Source of the DNA: Bacteroidota bacterium
Lineage (GTDB): Bacteria > Bacteroidota > Bacteroidia > Flavobacteriales > Flavobacteriaceae
DNA length: 64,000 nucleotides
Reading direction: 5' to 3'
Assembly (NCBI GenBank): GCA_038750505.1
Contig: JBCDHD010000020.1
Span: 3,534 to 67,533 of the forward strand
Shown here one piece after another: positions 47,676 through 57,562 of this stretch (positions within the stretch are counted from its first letter, which is position 1; each line of letters opens with the position of its first letter). A model generated the notes under the pieces. The model had not been told where the DNA came from. It saw nothing but the letters and a program-made list of their open reading frames with translations, and made no database searches. Position numbers and translations under genes: made by a program.

Positions 47676-48509
47676 TTATATTTTGGTTAGATGGATGGTT
47701 AGGTTTTTGGCAGTTCCATTGTCATTGAAAGTGAGATTGTAGGTAATGGAAGAATCTTCACCAATACTAATACTCTCTTCACTTACACCGGTAAGATCAA
47801 AAGATGAATTGTCCTTTTCTGCTTGGCCTATAAATACATTTACTTCGCTCGTAGTAAAAGCACCTGTAATTGCGCTAAATATTGCTGTTTCCTCCGAGCT
47901 CAACAGAAAGAGGTTATTGTTGACATCGATAGAACCCAGCACATTAAATAAGTCTTCAGTTACTTCTACCGTACTATCTTCTTCCGATGGCTCCGTTGCA
48001 TCGTTAGACCCATCGTCTCCATTACCATCAGATTCATCATTCGTTGCTTCCACTCTAAAAACCCGAACCAAGCCCGAATAGCTCCCATTCAAATCATTCT
48101 GATCCGAAAATCTGCTGATGTGAAAATTATCCTCCTGAATCCTAACTTTTCCATTTGTTGCTAAGACAGTAAACGAACTGTCTTTTGGAATACCGACATT
48201 GGCCTTAAAATCCAGGTTTTGAGCCGTAAAACTGGTGCTCCTGAAAAGATACATTTCAAAATTTACCCTTTCTATATCCTCATTATTATCTCGAATTCTT
48301 ACAAGTGTTTCAAGATTGTTTTGTTTTGTAGAACGTGTAGAGTTCTGCATGAATTCGAAGGTCCCTGTTCCCGGCAGAAAGAATTCAAAACTGGAGGTTT
48401 CGGTACTATCTATAACAATGCTGCCGATATCCTGAGTAAGTCGCCATGGACTATCGGTAGAACAGGACATCAAACTGACAGCCAGCATAAAAAGAATACG
48501 CTTCTTCAT
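47676..48509 (-). CDS. hypothetical lipoprotein, first gene of the orphan pair
   Basis: The Met at 48509 gives MKKRILFMLAVSLMSCS (lipobox). Acidic stretch EATNDESDGNGDDGSNDATEPSEEDS. Ends 4 nt before the 1,244-aa ORF. Confidence 0.7.
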   Translation of the reverse strand: MKKRILFMLAVSLMSCSTDSPWRLTQDIGSIVIDSTETSSFEFFLPGTGTFEFMQNSTRSTKQNNLETLVRIRDNNEDIERVNFEMYLFRSTSFTAQNLDFKANVGIPKDSSFTVLATNGKVRIQEDNFHISRFSDQNDLNGSYSGLVRVFRVEATNDESDGNGDDGSNDATEPSEEDSTVEVTEDLFNVLGSIDVNNNLFLLSSEETAIFSAITGAFTTSEVNVFIGQAEKDNSSFDLTGVSEESISIGEDSSITYNLTFNDNGTAKNLTIHLTKI

Positions 48510-48864
48510 AATCGATGAATTTAGTTCGTTAGTTAATTCTTCAATTTGCACAAACGGGAAGCACTAGGCCATACCCATTACCGTGTATTTCGTAAGAATT
48601 GTACTGTAAATAAGGGGGGAGATGCCTTTGGTATAAAGACGCCTTTAAAGTAGGGTATTCCAGGGAACATAAACTACGGGAAACCTCAAAGCCCAAAGTA
48701 TTTTCATAGAATATCGATGCGGCGCAACTTAAAGAATTCCACCTAAAACTGGATTTATAGATCGGAACAGCTTCCTTCGGAATACAATTTCGGTTAAAAA
48801 GCATCTTCTAACCCTTGCAAGGTGAGGTAGGGTGAGGAACAATAAAAAAGTTACCTTTAATTAC

Positions 48865-49410
48865 ATGAAGAAGTGGCTAAAAATCACGCTGTTTGTACTT
48901 TTTGGTGGAATTCTAATCCTTATTGGGGTAATTGGTTATGGCTATTACCACTATTGGGGACGATTTACCGCCGATACAGCAACCTATCCTCCAAGTGTGG
49001 AATATATAGATCCGGAAAAAGCCCTTTACGGCAAAGGCTTTAAAGCCTGTAACGAAAATAGCATTGCCCAATACTATAATCCGGAACGTGCCACCTACAG
49101 CAAGGGCAAAAACGGGCTTAGAAAATTCATTATGTCCAATTATATCAACAAAGGGTATTCGGATTCTGGCTACCTGAATATCAGATTTGTTATCAATTGT
49201 AAAGGAGCGGCTGGCCGGTATATCATTCATGAAAATACCCTTGATTTGGAGCCTACCGAACTAGACAAAGACATGACCAACCAACTTTTTGCTTTGACAA
49301 GACAACTTAAAGATTGGAATCCCGTCTTCTTTCGAGGAAAAAATCGGGATGCCTATATGTACCTATCCTATCGTATAGAAAATGGAGAGATCGTTGCGAT
49401 ATTGCCTTAA
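48865..49410 (+). CDS. hypothetical membrane-anchored protein
   Basis: ATG 48865 gives MKKWLKITLFVLFGGILILIGVIGYGYY (TM anchor). No family recognised with confidence. Confidence 0.6.
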   Translation: MKKWLKITLFVLFGGILILIGVIGYGYYHYWGRFTADTATYPPSVEYIDPEKALYGKGFKACNENSIAQYYNPERATYSKGKNGLRKFIMSNYINKGYSDSGYLNIRFVINCKGAAGRYIIHENTLDLEPTELDKDMTNQLFALTRQLKDWNPVFFRGKNRDAYMYLSYRIENGEIVAILP

Positions 49411-50212
49411 TTGTCTTTGCGCTGCTGTGGTATTTTCCTGCAGTGAAAACTCCTCTGATCTCAGTTCGGAAGAGCGTAGAGCATTAGCGACACAAGTATT
49501 TTCCGAAGGTTCGCATTTACCCCAGGGATCCGCAAAAAGTATGACCCGAATTGCACGAGCCATTGAAATAGATTCTACCTACGCCGAAGCTTTAAGAGAA
49601 CATTCTGTCGCCTATCTAAAAAGGGGTATGCCCCACAAATGGAAACCGTGGTTTGATAAAGCGGTTTACCATGACCCACAAACCTGGCAACCCTGGCGAG
49701 GGTATCTCTATCTTTGGTTCTACCGGGATTACAAAAAAGCCATCGCAGACTTTAACGCCTCGGACACCCTTACGCCATATATAGATTATCCTCAAGGACA
49801 CAGCGTAGATTATTGGCGGGGAATTGCCTATCTCGGTTTAAAAGACTATCAAAATAGCATTGCCTTTTTTAACAAACATATCTTAAAAGAAACAGCAGAT
49901 TCAGGAGAAGACTGGGTAGAAATTAATGCATTTTTGTACCGGGGAATTGCATACATGCAAGCAGGAGATTCCATTAAGGCGTTGGAGAATTACGATAAAG
50001 TGATCCACTACTTTAAAAAATCGGCAGACGCAAAATACTGGAAGGCGAGAATGATACAACATACCGGAGAAAAGGAAAAGACCTTGGCTCTAGCGAATCA
50101 AGCAAAAGAGGACTTCAAGGAAGGGTATTTTAATAATCGCCCTTATGTAGAAACCTTGTTTCAGTTATACCCTGAGGATTTCGAAGTTTTGATCACGTCA
50201 ATCAACGAATAA
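49382..50212 (+). CDS. TPR-repeat lipoprotein
   Basis: Lipobox AAVVFSCSE. TPR-like repeats (..YWRGIAYLGLKDYQNSIAFFNK.., ..LYRGIAYMQAGDSIKALENYDKV..). Confidence 0.7.
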   Translation: MERSLRYCLNCLCAAVVFSCSENSSDLSSEERRALATQVFSEGSHLPQGSAKSMTRIARAIEIDSTYAEALREHSVAYLKRGMPHKWKPWFDKAVYHDPQTWQPWRGYLYLWFYRDYKKAIADFNASDTLTPYIDYPQGHSVDYWRGIAYLGLKDYQNSIAFFNKHILKETADSGEDWVEINAFLYRGIAYMQAGDSIKALENYDKVIHYFKKSADAKYWKARMIQHTGEKEKTLALANQAKEDFKEGYFNNRPYVETLFQLYPEDFEVLITSINE

Positions 50213-50236
50213 ATGTAGTACCCCTTGGTGAATGCT

Positions 50237-52018
50237 ATGCCTGATACGAAACAGCTTTTTAAAAAATTCCTAAGATGGCGGTATAGAAATATATCCAACA
50301 AGACCTTTATCCATGTAATGAGCATACTGATCGGTTTTTTAGCCGGTCTTGTTGCAGTCACTTTAAAGAACACTACCTACTTCATTGAAGCATTGCTTGA
50401 AGCTGGTATCGTATTCTCCGAAAATCAACTGTATTTTGTTCTACCGGTGATTGGCCTGACATTGGTCTACCTCTATGTAAAATATGTAAATAAACATCCG
50501 CTGGGGCATGCGATTTCCTCCATAATGTTCTCCTTGTCCAAAAACAAAGGAATACTAAATATCAAGAAGATCTATACTCCACTTATTGCGGCGCCTTTAA
50601 CTGTGGGTTTTGGAGGTTCAGTGGGGTTGCTAGGGCCTGCGGTAGAATCGGGGGCCGCAGTGAGTTCTAACCTAAGCAGGTTGCTTCATATCGACTCCAA
50701 AACCCGATCCTTGCTTATTGCCTGTGCTTCTGCCGGGGCACTTGCCTCTATTTTTCAATCGCCTATAGCCGCTATCGTTTTTGCAGTAGAGGTATTTAGC
50801 CTTGATCTGACCATGCTTTCTGTACTACCTTTGTTACTGGCTTCTATTTCCGGGGTACTTACTTCGTATTTTTTTCTTGGAAATGAGAGTTTGTTCAGTT
50901 TTTCATTATCGGAAGGGTTTCGCTTACAAGACACCCTATTTTACGTATTACTTGGTTTGGCTACGGGAATTGCCTCTGTGTATTTTACCAAGATGTATTT
51001 TGGGATTTTACGTCTTTTTAAACCGTTCAAAAGTCCAAAATACAAACTGCTACTAGGAGGAATTGCCATAGGCATCATGCTCTATTTTATTCCACCACTT
51101 TATGGGGAAGGTTTTGGTTTTATCAATAATTTGTTGGATGGTAATACCACCGAAGCCATAGGCGCAACACCATTTGGCCAGTATATGGATAACGTCTGGG
51201 TCATTATTGCTTTGTTATTTGGCATCACCTTGTTTAAAGCAATTGCCATGACCACCACCTTTGCTGCAGGAGGTGCGGGAGGTGTTTTTATCCCTACCAT
51301 GGTCATGGGCAGTGCCTTAGGGAATGTTGTGGCCCAACTGGTCAATAATCTTGGCTTGGGATTTGAAGTGAATGAAAGCAATTTCACCCTAATAGGAATG
51401 GCCGGATTAATTGCCGGGGTGATCCATGCGCCTTTAACCGCTATTTTCCTTATAGCAGAGATCACCGGAGGATATCAGCTTTTTGTCCCACTGATGATCA
51501 CAGCTTCTATCTCCTATCTTATTACAAAAAATGTGCTGGACTACACTATCTACACCAAGGAACTTGCTGAACAAGGGGTTTTACTCACCCATAACAAAGA
51601 CCAGGCCGTGCTAACGCTGATGCAAATGGACAGTATTATCGAGACTGATTTCAAGCCCGTTTCCCCCGATATGACCTTTGGTGATCTTTTATACCGTTCA
51701 GTTTCGAAGTCGGCACGCAGCTTGTTCCCAGTCCTTGATAAAGAAAATAAAATGGTTGGTATTATTTTACTGGATGACATCCGAGAATTTATGTTTGATA
51801 CCTCTCGGTATGACACCATGTTTGTACGCGACTTTATGCATGCTCCTCCCGAGTATATTTTTCAGGAAACCGACTCCATGCAGCAGGTAATGCGGAAATT
51901 TCAGGATAGTGGTGCCTGGAATCTTCCGGTAATTAAAGCGGGGAAATATGTTGGGTTTATTTCAAAATCCAAGTTGCTAACCGCCTACCGAAGAAAATTA
52001 ATCAATTATTCCCGTTAA
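50237..52018 (+). CDS. ClC-family chloride channel/antiporter with C-terminal CBS pair
   Basis: GGSVGLLGP and GGVFIP selectivity motifs. C-terminal CBS-like segments. Confidence 0.85.
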   Translation: MPDTKQLFKKFLRWRYRNISNKTFIHVMSILIGFLAGLVAVTLKNTTYFIEALLEAGIVFSENQLYFVLPVIGLTLVYLYVKYVNKHPLGHAISSIMFSLSKNKGILNIKKIYTPLIAAPLTVGFGGSVGLLGPAVESGAAVSSNLSRLLHIDSKTRSLLIACASAGALASIFQSPIAAIVFAVEVFSLDLTMLSVLPLLLASISGVLTSYFFLGNESLFSFSLSEGFRLQDTLFYVLLGLATGIASVYFTKMYFGILRLFKPFKSPKYKLLLGGIAIGIMLYFIPPLYGEGFGFINNLLDGNTTEAIGATPFGQYMDNVWVIIALLFGITLFKAIAMTTTFAAGGAGGVFIPTMVMGSALGNVVAQLVNNLGLGFEVNESNFTLIGMAGLIAGVIHAPLTAIFLIAEITGGYQLFVPLMITASISYLITKNVLDYTIYTKELAEQGVLLTHNKDQAVLTLMQMDSIIETDFKPVSPDMTFGDLLYRSVSKSARSLFPVLDKENKMVGIILLDDIREFMFDTSRYDTMFVRDFMHAPPEYIFQETDSMQQVMRKFQDSGAWNLPVIKAGKYVGFISKSKLLTAYRRKLINYSR

Positions 52019-52020
52019 CT

Positions 52021-52278
52021 ATGAAGCTGAAATATCTGATCGTACTCATCGTTTTCGCCGCTTTTGCATCAATTATTTATGGTTTTAGCATAAAAAAGGA
52101 TAACCCTCCATTGGCCCATAAATGTATCGGAATAGGTACTGTGGGCCTATTTTTGGTGGCCATGCCGTTATTTTTGATTAGTGAGAGCAAAGGAAAAAAA
52201 ATGAAGGATTATATGTTGACGAAAGAAAACATTAAGAAAATGCAAGAGAAAGAGCGGAAAAATACTGAAAATCAATAA
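52021..52278 (+). CDS. small membrane protein
   Basis: Two hydrophobic segments, 2 nt after the ClC stop. Confidence 0.55.
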   Translation: MKLKYLIVLIVFAAFASIIYGFSIKKDNPPLAHKCIGIGTVGLFLVAMPLFLISESKGKKMKDYMLTKENIKKMQEKERKNTENQ

Positions 52279-52361
52279 TTTTTAGTAAAATTTAAAGTCT
52301 TGCTAACCATTTCAGATTTAAAAAGAATTACTTTCGCACTTTAACATTTATTTTTTTTTTG

Positions 52362-52556
52362 ATGACTGGCACAGTAAAATTTTTCAATGAATCCAAAGGT
52401 TATGGCTTCATCACCAACGACGAAACCGGGAAAGACATTTTTGTTCATGTCACTTCGTTGAACGGAATGGAATTACGCGAAGGGAACAAAGTAGAATATC
52501 TTGAAGAAGAAGGACGAAAAGGAAAGGTAGCCGCGCAAGTACGGCTTATTGACTAA
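52362..52556 (+). CDS. cold-shock protein (CspA family)
   Basis: MTGTVKFFNESKGYGFI...DIFVH RNP1/RNP2 motifs. ATG at 52362 preferred over TTG at 52359. Confidence 0.95.
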   Translation: MTGTVKFFNESKGYGFITNDETGKDIFVHVTSLNGMELREGNKVEYLEEEGRKGKVAAQVRLID

Positions 52557-52583
52557 CTATATTTTATTTTGAGAGTTTTAAAA

Positions 52584-52608
52584 ACCCTGACCTTTGGTCG
52601 GGGTTTTT
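52584..52608. terminator. bidirectional terminator between csp and tadA
   Basis: ACCCTGAC-ctttg-GTCGGGGT stem (one G-U pair), flanked by A4 and T5. Confidence 0.75.
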
Positions 52609-53056
52609 AATTCAGATTACGTTTCTGAATAAAAAAACGCTTCAGCAACTCAGCTGATTCCCCCTCCATTACCCCTCCTACTACCTCTGTTTTGGGATGT
52701 AAGGTGGTTCCCATTACCATAAATCCGCGTTCCAGATCGGAAGCGCCAAATACAATTTTGGAGATCTGACTCCAATACAATGCGCCAGCGCACATCTGGC
52801 AGGGTTCCAGCGTTACATATAGTGTACACCCATGCAAGTATTTCCCTCCCAAAAAGTTAGAGGCCGCAGTAATCGCTTGCATCTCTGCATGTGCCGTTAC
52901 ATCATTTAGTTTTTCAGTGAGATTATGGGCACGACCAATTATTCTGTTATTTACCACCACCACCGCGCCAACAGGCACCTCACCTATCTCAAAAGCGGTT
53001 TCTGCCTCTTGCAGTGCCTTCTTCATAAAATAATTATCGTCAAAGGGATTTACCAT
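52607..53056 (-). CDS. tadA: tRNA adenosine(34) deaminase
   Basis: HAEMQAI and PCQMCAGAL zinc motifs, 149 aa. Confidence 0.9.
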   Translation of the reverse strand: MVNPFDDNYFMKKALQEAETAFEIGEVPVGAVVVVNNRIIGRAHNLTEKLNDVTAHAEMQAITAASNFLGGKYLHGCTLYVTLEPCQMCAGALYWSQISKIVFGASDLERGFMVMGTTLHPKTEVVGGVMEGESAELLKRFFIQKRNLN

Positions 53057-53237
53057 TTACAGAAAACTTAAGCCACAATACTAGGGATTAATACCATCGA
53101 AAACAATATGTCCTTTCGAAAAGCAGCGTATTTGTGATCGCACTCCGGTTAAGTAGTCCAAAATTTTGTATCTCATACAGAACGGATAGCGATCAAAATG
53201 GAAATGATGTAGTTTTGTCAGGCAATTCAAAAGCGTA

Positions 53238-55007
53238 ATGAACCAACTATTAGCAAACATAGCCTTACCTAAGGAGGTAAAAGCACTTTCTCGGGAAAAG
53301 TTACCGCAACTAGCCCGGGAGCTAAGGGAATTCATTATTCATATTGTAGCGGCAAAAGAGGGACACTTAGGGGCCAGTTTAGGGGTAGTTGAGCTCACCA
53401 TAGCATTGCACTACATTTTTGACTTCTCAAAAGACAAACTGATCTGGGATGTAGGTCACCAGGCGTACGGTCACAAAATACTGACTGGTAGAAAAGCTAT
53501 TTTTGATACCAACCGTCAGTTAGGGGGAATAAGTGGCTTCCCCAAGCGGGAAGAAAGTGAATATGATCATTTTGGAACAGGACATAGTTCCACTTCTATA
53601 TCTGCAATATTGGGCATGGCCATTGCCTCCCAGCTAAAGGGAGAAAAGGATAGTGAACATATCGCGGTTATTGGCGATGCATCCATCGCTAGCGGGATGG
53701 CCTTTGAAGGATTGAATCATCTTGGGGTAACAGACGCAAATGTGTTAGTTATTCTAAATGATAACGCTATAGGTATTGACCCAAGCGTTGGGGCACTGAA
53801 AAATTACCTAACTAACGTAAAACAGGGAAAAGCTAAGGAAGAAAACATTTTTGAATGTTTGAATCTGGAGTATACCGGGCCGGTAGACGGACATGATCTT
53901 CCTCAACTCCTAGACGCGCTCAATCGCCTAAGAAATCGCCGTGGCCCACGACTTTTACATGTTATCACCACTAAGGGTAAGGGGCTGCAAAAAGCAGAGG
54001 AGAACCAGGTAATTTACCATGCTCCGGGAAAATTCAATGCCAAAACCGGGGAACGTTTTAGAAAAAGCAAGGAAGCAGAACCTCCTAAGTTCCAGGATGT
54101 GTTTGGACACACTTTGGTAACCCTGGCAAAGGAAAACAAAAAGATTGTTGGGATTACCCCGGCTATGCCAACGGGAAGCTCCCTTAAGTTTATGATGCAA
54201 ACCTTCCCCGAGCGCGCTTTTGATGTAGGTATTGCGGAGCAACACGCCGTAACGCTAGCAGCTGGAATGGCCGCTCAAGGTATGGTTCCTTTCTGTGCTA
54301 TCTATTCCACTTTTTTGCAACGTGCCTATGACCAGGTTATTCATGATGTGGCACTGCAAAAGCTCCCGGTTATTTTCTGCCTTGATCGCGCTGGTCTGGT
54401 AGGGCAGGATGGCCCAACCCATCATGGTGTTTTTGATTTGGCGTATTTGAGATGTATCCCGAATCTAACAATTTGCTCCCCTATGAACGAAGTAGAACTT
54501 CGCAACCTAATGTTTACTGCTCAAAAGGGGTTGGATAGCCCTTTAGCCATTCGTTATCCCAGGGGAAGAGGTATTACTTTAGATTGGAAACAACCCTTTC
54601 AGGAGCTTCCGATTGGAAAAGGAAAAATGGTAAAAGAAGGTAATGAAATTGCCGTGCTTTCCTTTGGTCCGATCGGCAATGAAGTTAGCAGGCTATTTGA
54701 AGATAATTGGGAAAAAGCGGACGTAATTGGTCATTTCAATATGATTTTCCTAAAACCGCTGGATACTGAACTGCTACACCGCATCTTTACTACCTACCAT
54801 CATGTTATTACTATAGAAGACGGCTGTGAGATAGGTGGGTTTGGCACGGCAATTTTAGAATTTGCCAATGCACACCACTATACTACACCAGTAAAAGTAT
54901 TTGCTATAAAGGACACCTTTATTCCTCATGGAACGACTGAGGAATTGCATGAGATCTGCGGACTTACCACAAATCATCTAAAGCGTTACATTGAAACTAT
55001 TTGTTAA
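53238..55007 (+). CDS. dxs: 1-deoxy-D-xylulose-5-phosphate synthase
   Basis: GHLGASLGVVELT, WDVGHQAYGHKILTGR, GHSSTSISA and IGDASI..GMAFEGLN motifs. Confidence 0.97.
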   Translation: MNQLLANIALPKEVKALSREKLPQLARELREFIIHIVAAKEGHLGASLGVVELTIALHYIFDFSKDKLIWDVGHQAYGHKILTGRKAIFDTNRQLGGISGFPKREESEYDHFGTGHSSTSISAILGMAIASQLKGEKDSEHIAVIGDASIASGMAFEGLNHLGVTDANVLVILNDNAIGIDPSVGALKNYLTNVKQGKAKEENIFECLNLEYTGPVDGHDLPQLLDALNRLRNRRGPRLLHVITTKGKGLQKAEENQVIYHAPGKFNAKTGERFRKSKEAEPPKFQDVFGHTLVTLAKENKKIVGITPAMPTGSSLKFMMQTFPERAFDVGIAEQHAVTLAAGMAAQGMVPFCAIYSTFLQRAYDQVIHDVALQKLPVIFCLDRAGLVGQDGPTHHGVFDLAYLRCIPNLTICSPMNEVELRNLMFTAQKGLDSPLAIRYPRGRGITLDWKQPFQELPIGKGKMVKEGNEIAVLSFGPIGNEVSRLFEDNWEKADVIGHFNMIFLKPLDTELLHRIFTTYHHVITIEDGCEIGGFGTAILEFANAHHYTTPVKVFAIKDTFIPHGTTEELHEICGLTTNHLKRYIETIC

Positions 55008-56061
55008 TCTTATTGGGCTGTTGATGCTTTTTTACGGCTTCGAGACAATGGGCCAGGTTACGCAAGATAATCCTGAAGAGACGGCACAAGATTCTGTTGT
55101 GGTCGATACTACGATAATACGATGGAAACAGGAAAAAATTAAGATTATTCCAAGAGGAGTACGGAGAATCGTACCACAAAGCACCTTAAATAAGGTTAAA
55201 CCCTTTACGCAGAAACCACGAGGATTTACCCCTCAGTATTTCTGGACTCGTGAGAACATCTTTGGCTTCAATGTTAATGAAGTAGCCTTTGTAAATTGGA
55301 ATGCAGGCGGGGATAATTCTGTTTCTGCATTAGCAAACCTCGCTTTCGTTAGAAACTACAAATTCCGATATCTTTCCTGGGAGAATGAATTGCGGTTGCG
55401 TTACGGCATTAATGCCCAGGAAGGAAGAGCCCTAAGAAAAACAGAGGATTTAATCCGTCTGACCTCCACTTTTGGGTTTCGAAAAGATACCCTGACCAAT
55501 TGGTTTTATTCTGCAAAACTTAAGTTTAACACGCAGTTCTCTAACGGGTTTAATTACCCGGATAGAGAAACTCCGATTTCAAGGTTTATGGCTCCCGGAT
55601 ATTTGTTCTTTGGTGCCGGTACTTCTTATATTTTAGAAGATAATTCCTTCAACACTTACATTTCCCCACTAACATTAAAAGCTACTTATGTCTTTGATGA
55701 AGCCTTATCTGACCGCGGTGCTTTTGGGGTAAATCCAGGAAAAAACGCATTTACCGAGTTAGGCTTTCTAATTACCCAGGAATGGAATAAAGAGGTATTT
55801 AGAAATGTTACCATGAATCATCGCATTAACATTTACACGGATTACATTAGAAGTTTTGGGAATATCGATATAGATTGGGAACTCAATTTTCTCTTAAAGG
55901 TCAACAATTTTGTCAGTGCTAATATCGGAACCCATATCATTTTCGATGATGATATCAAGTTTGATGAAGTGGTAGACGCTGATGGTACGGTCATTGATCC
56001 GGGTATCCCAAGAATTCAATTCAAGCAAGTCTTGGGAATAGGTATCGACTATAAATTTTAA
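54991..56061 (+). CDS. DUF3078-like outer-membrane beta-barrel protein
   Basis: TTG start gives signal peptide MKLFVNLIGLLMLFYGF. Has the FVNWNAGGDNS motif and a C-terminal ...GIGIDYKF. Confidence 0.7.
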   Translation: MKLFVNLIGLLMLFYGFETMGQVTQDNPEETAQDSVVVDTTIIRWKQEKIKIIPRGVRRIVPQSTLNKVKPFTQKPRGFTPQYFWTRENIFGFNVNEVAFVNWNAGGDNSVSALANLAFVRNYKFRYLSWENELRLRYGINAQEGRALRKTEDLIRLTSTFGFRKDTLTNWFYSAKLKFNTQFSNGFNYPDRETPISRFMAPGYLFFGAGTSYILEDNSFNTYISPLTLKATYVFDEALSDRGAFGVNPGKNAFTELGFLITQEWNKEVFRNVTMNHRINIYTDYIRSFGNIDIDWELNFLLKVNNFVSANIGTHIIFDDDIKFDEVVDADGTVIDPGIPRIQFKQVLGIGIDYKF

Positions 56062-57413
56062 AACTGCCGCCCCAATATTTTGTTACTGAGCTGAACAGCA
56101 TTACTATCTGATAAACCCGCCACAAAACTGGACACGCCTAGTAGCAGTTCATAAGTAGACCTATCCCTGTTGGCTAATTCTTCAGGTAATGTTCGTAACA
56201 AAAGGCGATCATAACTACTTTCTTTTCCTCTGCTATAATTCACCAATGCTTTTGCGTACCCTCCCAGAATAGTGGCAATAATCTTGTATCCGGCAAGCTC
56301 TCTTTCTATAACCTCTTGCGATCTATACACTTTTTCTACGCTTATTTTTAAAATATCCTCAATTTGGGGTTTAAAAGTACTTTTTTCCAGAAGTGCTGCT
56401 TCCAACTGCCCCGAGCGAATAGCTTCTTCATGTTCCATAAATATCTGAGCGGCCTCGGTTACCAGAACATTAATGGATAAGGCGCGTAAATACGCTAGTC
56501 TGTCTCTGGTGTTCTCAAGGGCATGGTATTTTGTTGTATCTATTTTGTCTTTAACCAACTTGATCAGATACTCCAAAGCAAAATCTTCAGGAATCAAACC
56601 AAGGTTAATACCATCTTCAAAGTCAATAATGGTGTAGCAGATATCATCTGCTGCCTCCACCAAATAGGTTAACGGATGCCTGTGAAAGCGCGTATCACTT
56701 CCCTTTTTTTGTTGAAGACCGAGTTCCTGTGCCACCTCTAGAAAGAAATCCTGCTCCGACTGAAAGAAGCCATACTTCTTGTCTGAGATATGTTTGGACG
56801 GTCGTTTAGGCAGCGAAGGTTTTGGATATTTAATAAAAGCGCCAAGGGTAGCATAGCTCAATCGAAGGCCCCCGGGAACTCCCTTCCTGGATGCCGTAAG
56901 CAGTTTAAATCCGTTCGCATTGCCTTCAAAATCCCATAAATCCTGACGTTCTTTTTCAGTTAATTGCGTTGTATACTGAGCTCCCGCTCCCTCCTTAAAA
57001 AAGTGGCCAATAGCCTTTTCACCACTATGGCCAAAGGGAGGATTGCCAATATCATGCGCCAGGGCAGCAGCAGCTACAATGGAGCCAAAATCATTAAATC
57101 TATACCCAAGATCTTCACTAAGTATAGGGTATTTATGCAACAACTGCTGCCCTACAATCCGTCCTAAGCTTCTTCCCACTACGGAGACCTCTAAACTATG
57201 GGTGAGCCGGGTATGTACGAAAGTAGGTTTTGAGCCTGCAAAAATAGGAAGTGGCATTACCTGCGTTTTATCTTGCAAACTGCGAAATGATGCGGAAAAA
57301 ATAATCCTGTCGTAATCTACTTCAAACCCAAGTCGCGTCTCATCCTGCGCGGACCGTAATCTTGTGTTGGTATCTCCATAGCGTTTTAATGACAATAATT
57401 GCTGCCAATCCAT
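56058..57413 (-). CDS. dgt: dGTP triphosphohydrolase-like HD-domain protein
   Basis: TRLTHSLEV and AALAHDIGNPPFGH HD motifs, 451 aa. Confidence 0.9.
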   Translation of the reverse strand: MDWQQLLSLKRYGDTNTRLRSAQDETRLGFEVDYDRIIFSASFRSLQDKTQVMPLPIFAGSKPTFVHTRLTHSLEVSVVGRSLGRIVGQQLLHKYPILSEDLGYRFNDFGSIVAAAALAHDIGNPPFGHSGEKAIGHFFKEGAGAQYTTQLTEKERQDLWDFEGNANGFKLLTASRKGVPGGLRLSYATLGAFIKYPKPSLPKRPSKHISDKKYGFFQSEQDFFLEVAQELGLQQKKGSDTRFHRHPLTYLVEAADDICYTIIDFEDGINLGLIPEDFALEYLIKLVKDKIDTTKYHALENTRDRLAYLRALSINVLVTEAAQIFMEHEEAIRSGQLEAALLEKSTFKPQIEDILKISVEKVYRSQEVIERELAGYKIIATILGGYAKALVNYSRGKESSYDRLLLRTLPEELANRDRSTYELLLGVSSFVAGLSDSNAVQLSNKILGRQF

Positions 57414-57562
57414 TGAACAAATTTATCCTCGCAAGATACATTTTTAAGAAAGCAATCCGATTGGATCAAAGTCCTTATATCCCTATTTATGTTCTTTCGA
57501 ATTAACATCAGCATAACTATTCCTTAACCTTACTTTCCTTTCTTTGCAACTTTTAAGAAAGA

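Noticed and set aside
48541-48804. 87-aa ORF upstream of the orphan lipoprotein gene, and the GGTGAGG-ta-GGGTGAGG direct repeat at about 48820-48838
   Set aside because: The ORF has no signal, motif or plausible start context and lies in the likely divergent promoter region. The repeat is too short to interpret.
43937-48830. Calling the AT-rich module a mobile element or genomic island with defined ends
   Set aside because: I could see no integrase, transposase, tRNA target or flanking direct repeats. Only composition and position suggest acquisition, so it is reported as an orphan module rather than a mobile element.
56058-57413. dGTPase as an anti-phage dNTP-depletion defence gene
   Set aside because: It has canonical housekeeping Dgt-like motifs and sits among core genes (dxs, DUF3078, PiT). 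There is no composition shift and there are no neighbouring defence or mobile genes.
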